NCBI GenBank assembly: GCA_963706595.1
Contig: OY970166.1
Span: 4,128,001-4,192,000, forward strand
Direction of reading: 5' to 3'
DNA length: 64,000 nucleotides
Origin: an uncultured cyanobacterium
GTDB lineage: Bacteria; Cyanobacteriota; Cyanobacteriia; Cyanobacteriales; Nostocaceae
Shown here: in pieces, positions 60,526-64,000 of the stretch
Position numbering within the stretch: position 1 is the first letter of the stretch
How the letters are laid out: each line of letters starts with the position of its first letter
The notes under the pieces: model-generated
Databases searched by the model: none
Told to the model about the DNA's origin: nothing
What the model saw: the letters and a program-made list of their open reading frames with translations, nothing else
Translations under genes and position numbers: made by a program

Positions 60526-61020
60526 CTACTTAACTTCTGTAATTTGTAACGTATAGGGAAAATACTTGTCTTTTTGGTATGAACCCACCCAAATTTGGTA
60601 GTTTCCCGGTAGCCATTCCCCCACTATGCCGGGATGTTTGCCCTCAAAATCGTCATTACACCAAGTACCGCCAGGTCCTTTGATAATCATGGTGGTGTCT
60701 TGAGGACTTTGTACTACTAGCTTCAGGTACTCAAAGGAACTTGTTAATTTTAATGTATGTCCTGGGGTGTCATCTACAAATCCGGTACAGGGTCCAGTGG
60801 GTGTTTCAGACCGCCCTGCCACTTTTTTCCCTGGTACTGAGCCGCCACTCATACCCCGAACTGTCAAAGGATCTGGAGAAAATTTTCGCTTAATAGTGAT
60901 GTCTCCAAATATCGGTGATCCTTCCTGAGCATCAGCTATGGCCAGAATTCCTGATGTGAGTCCGAGCGTAACTATCATCAACGATAATCTGATCCCTTGG
61001 TTTAGCGCTATTTTCGGCAT
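60526..61020 (-). CDS. Hypothetical secreted protein (PPC-like domain)
   Basis: Signal-like N-terminus; DTT.II.GP...WCNDD...G.Y.IWVG pattern. Confidence 0.7.
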   Translation of the reverse strand: MPKIALNQGIRLSLMIVTLGLTSGILAIADAQEGSPIFGDITIKRKFSPDPLTVRGMSGGSVPGKKVAGRSETPTGPCTGFVDDTPGHTLKLTSSFEYLKLVVQSPQDTTMIIKGPGGTWCNDDFEGKHPGIVGEWLPGNYQIWVGSYQKDKYFPYTLQITEVK

Positions 61021-61136
61021 TGCAGTTACATAAGTTGCTCAGTTTCTTCTCAGACCAGGATTTTAGACAGCAAGTTCCCAAAATCAGAGAAATTGGAGTA
61101 GAGACGTTGTATGCAACGTCTCTACATTCTTTGTTG

Positions 61137-62582
61137 CTAATTTGCAGCCGCGATCGCTTGATTTAAACGTGGCTGGTCTAAACTAACCTGATGCAGGAGT
61201 AACCAAGATTGAATTAGATCAGGTCCATGAACATCTCCGGTTAAAGCGGCTCGAAGCGATCGCATCACTAAGCCTTTCTTGAGTTTTTGCTCTTTGACTA
61301 CCTGTTTAATAATATCTTGGGCGGCTGCTTCCGAAAATTCGGGTTGACTGGACAAAGCTGTGAGAATTGCTTGAAGAGCAACGGCTGAACCTTCTTTTTG
61401 CAGTTGTTCCCTACCTTCTTCAGTAAATTCCACTGTTTCGGTGAAGAAAGGTTGACTCATCTCTACAGCATCTACCAGACGAGTTAAACTCTGGCTGATT
61501 AAAGTCACTAACTGCTCTAACCAGGGGCGTTCTCGTCCACCTGCAAAGCTAAATCCAGCCTCTTCCCAAAAGGGGATGATTGAATCTGTCAGTTTATCTA
61601 TGGGCATACTATGCAGATACTGACTATTTAACCAATCCAGTTTTGCCCAGTCAAATTTAGCCCCGGCTTTGTTCACACGCTCAAAGCTAAAGTTTTTCGC
61701 TGCTGTTTCTAAAGTGAAGATTTCTTCAGTAGAGTCTGGAGGCGACCAACCCAGCAAGGTCATGTAATTGACCAAACCTTCAGCAGTGAAGCCCAATTTC
61801 TGAAAATCCGAAATAGAAGTGACTCCATCCCGTTTAGAAAGCTTGCGCCCTTCCATATTCAAAATCAAAGGCGTGTGGGCAAACTCTGGAATTTTTGCGC
61901 CTAAAGCTTCATATAACAGAATTTGCTTGGCGGTGTTGGCGATGTGGTCTTCTCCCCGGATGACATGGGTAATTTGCATATCTATGTCATCAATCACAAC
62001 GACAAAGTTATACAAGGGTTGACCAATACCTGTTTCTGAGGCGCGGGCGATGACCATATCACCACCCAGATCACTACCTCGCCAAGTCATGGTTCCCCTT
62101 ACTAAGTCATTCCAGACAATTTCTCGTTCGTCAGCAATTTTGAACCGAATGACACAGCTGCGTCCTTCGGCTTTGAAAGCGGCTTCTTGTTCTGGTGTGA
62201 GGTGACGGTGACGGTTATCGTAACGGGGAGCTTCGTTTCTGGCTTTTTGTCTTTCTCTGAGGGTTTCTAATTCTTCTGAGGTTGTATAGCAGCGATAAGC
62301 TAAACCTTGTTCTAAAAGTTTTTCTACCGCCTCTTTATACATATCCAGGCGTTGGGATTGAAAAAATGGTCCCTCATCCCAATTCAGCCCCAGCCAGCGA
62401 AAACCAGCCAGAATATTTTCAGTATATTCGGGACGCGATCGCTCTAGGTCTGTGTCTTCAACGCGTAAAATAAACTGACCACCGTGGTGGCGGGCAAATA
62501 ACCAGTTAAATACAGCAGTTCTGGCTGTACCAATATGTAAATTACCAGTTGGACTCGGTGCAATACGGACTCTAACAGTCAC
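61137..62582 (-). CDS. gltX: Glutamate--tRNA ligase
   Basis: [21 protein letters not shown]. Confidence 0.97.
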   Translation of the reverse strand: MTVRVRIAPSPTGNLHIGTARTAVFNWLFARHHGGQFILRVEDTDLERSRPEYTENILAGFRWLGLNWDEGPFFQSQRLDMYKEAVEKLLEQGLAYRCYTTSEELETLRERQKARNEAPRYDNRHRHLTPEQEAAFKAEGRSCVIRFKIADEREIVWNDLVRGTMTWRGSDLGGDMVIARASETGIGQPLYNFVVVIDDIDMQITHVIRGEDHIANTAKQILLYEALGAKIPEFAHTPLILNMEGRKLSKRDGVTSISDFQKLGFTAEGLVNYMTLLGWSPPDSTEEIFTLETAAKNFSFERVNKAGAKFDWAKLDWLNSQYLHSMPIDKLTDSIIPFWEEAGFSFAGGRERPWLEQLVTLISQSLTRLVDAVEMSQPFFTETVEFTEEGREQLQKEGSAVALQAILTALSSQPEFSEAAAQDIIKQVVKEQKLKKGLVMRSLRAALTGDVHGPDLIQSWLLLHQVSLDQPRLNQAIAAAN

Positions 62583-62731
62583 AATTAATTCTCTCTTTCA
62601 CAATCATGATAAATTTAGCTTATAACAAGCCCTGAATCCTGAGTTAAAGGAATAAGGACTTAATATAGATATCCCCAGTCAGATATATATCATCTGCTAG
62701 GGGAAGCAAGAATTATTACTCGAAGTTAGAA

Positions 62732-62805
62732 CGGGACTGACGGGGCTCGAACCCGCAACTTCCGCCGTGACAGGGCGGTGCTCTAACCAATTGAACTACA
62801 GTCCC
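62732..62805 (-). tRNA. trnD: tRNA-Asp(GTC), CCA not encoded
   Basis: GGGACTG acceptor stem, anticodon loop CTGTCAC, T-loop GTTCGAG. Confidence 0.97.
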
Positions 62806-62931
62806 TTGATTTGCAACTTTACTATTGTTGCTGTTTTCCTTGGATTTGTCAAGTCTTTTTCGGAAAAAAGTAAATTTTTTTATTTCAGCTTTTTTTCGCG
62901 CAACTCAACTCCCATATATTAGCACAATATT

Positions 62932-63999
62932 CTAGCACTTTAAAGCCTGGGGCGTTAATGCCATTTGTTTGAGCATTTGGGATTGCATCTGCTTATACTG
63001 TTGCTTCAAAAGGTTTTTGCTCAGATGCGCTTGAGATGAAGCTGGTAGGCTTTGACTCTGTTTTACCCAAGTTTTCAACATTTGCCTCTGATTAAAATCG
63101 ATATAACTGCTGAGAACGTTGGCGCAGTTATGGGGTGCTTCTAGGGTAAAGCAAATCACCGGATAGCATTCATGATCGGCTAAGGCATACACCAGGGGAT
63201 GATTTTGGGAATTTTGCATATCTAGGTAACAGGGTAGCCACTTCAAACCCAGTGCTGGAGTATAGATTACTGTCACCCATAGCATCATCGGATGAGGCGA
63301 TGTGATCGAGATAAATCGATTGCGAACCTGGCAACCGGCACGTTGATGGATCTCTTGTTGAGATAACATCAGCGATATTGCGGCGACACTTTTGGGTGCA
63401 GTATCTAGAAGTTGAGGAAAGACAATTTCTTGAATGGGTTTATTTTGCGGCCATGTCAGTTGCCGACAATGTTTTTCTATGGCTAGGGGTAAACTATAAA
63501 CTATAGGTGGCTTTAAGGTTGATTTAGAAGCTAGAGTTGCCGGACTAGTAGGAGAAATAGATTTTTCTACACTGTTTAAAATTTGTAATATTACTGCCAT
63601 ATTTTGAGGGCGATCGCTTGGTGTTTTCGCCAGACAAGCCATAATTAAATCATTGAGTTGCTGAGGTAGTTGGAGTTTGGGCTTCACATCTGCGATCGCT
63701 CGTGGTGCTTGAAAGTGATGCGCTTTATACCAAGCACCAAACAAATCTGTTTCTGGCTGCCAAGGTTTAGCACCTGTGAGCATTTCAAACATCATCACAC
63801 CTAAACTATAAATATCAGAGCGACTATCTAATTCTCCCCCTTCTAATTGTTCAGGAGAAGAGTAGGGTAAAGTGCCATGAAATCCTCTATTAGTGCTGAT
63901 TTTTCCGGCATCATTTAAAAATTTTGCGATGCCAAAATCCAAAATTTTGACTAACTGTCCCAGTATGGGATCAGGCATAACTAATATATTAGCAGGCTT
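62932..63999 (-). CDS. Ser/Thr protein kinase (N-terminus beyond window end)
   Basis: KPANILV, KILDFGIAK, GTLPYSSPEQ, SDIYSLG. Confidence 0.92.
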   Translation of the reverse strand, partial: KPANILVMPDPILGQLVKILDFGIAKFLNDAGKISTNRGFHGTLPYSSPEQLEGGELDSRSDIYSLGVMMFEMLTGAKPWQPETDLFGAWYKAHHFQAPRAIADVKPKLQLPQQLNDLIMACLAKTPSDRPQNMAVILQILNSVEKSISPTSPATLASKSTLKPPIVYSLPLAIEKHCRQLTWPQNKPIQEIVFPQLLDTAPKSVAAISLMLSQQEIHQRAGCQVRNRFISITSPHPMMLWVTVIYTPALGLKWLPCYLDMQNSQNHPLVYALADHECYPVICFTLEAPHNCANVLSSYIDFNQRQMLKTWVKQSQSLPASSQAHLSKNLLKQQYKQMQSQMLKQMALTPQALKC

Positions 64000-64000
64000 G

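Noticed and set aside
62732..62805. tRNA-Asp as an integration site
   Set aside because: No duplicated tRNA 3' end or integrase was seen; gltX follows directly.

Overview
This is a chromosomal window from a filamentous heterocyst-type (Nostocales-like) cyanobacterium, judged from frequent HIP1 octamers (GCGATCGC), heptameric STRR repeats, and chlD, hli and cyanobacterial ftsH. It holds about 50 mostly housekeeping, signalling and stress genes (parMR-like pair, sppA, fni, chlD, sigJ-like sigma factor, frameshifted prfB, ybeY, dgkA, pepP, ftsH, gltX), one tRNA-Asp and many MITE/REP-like repeats. The main observation is a ~1.27 kb tnpB-only, IS607-like element (35622..36887, minus strand) inserted inside a c-di-AMP (ydaO-type) riboswitch aptamer. 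Removing it at a duplicated AG core restores ...GGAACGGAG-GAACCAATG... and the ACGGAG/CTCCGT helix. The predicted TnpB guide is therefore the riboswitch itself, and the downstream transporter gene has decayed to a fragment. Other points: a deletion scar joining a kinase remnant to a vapC remnant between 40-bp direct repeats; an unlisted 31-aa membrane microprotein; an AT-rich island with a helicase-less type ISP-like R-M enzyme and an atypical kinase-like membrane protein; a 20-bp tandem array; and a nested MITE behind prfB. All calls come from reading motifs by eye; no searches were run.
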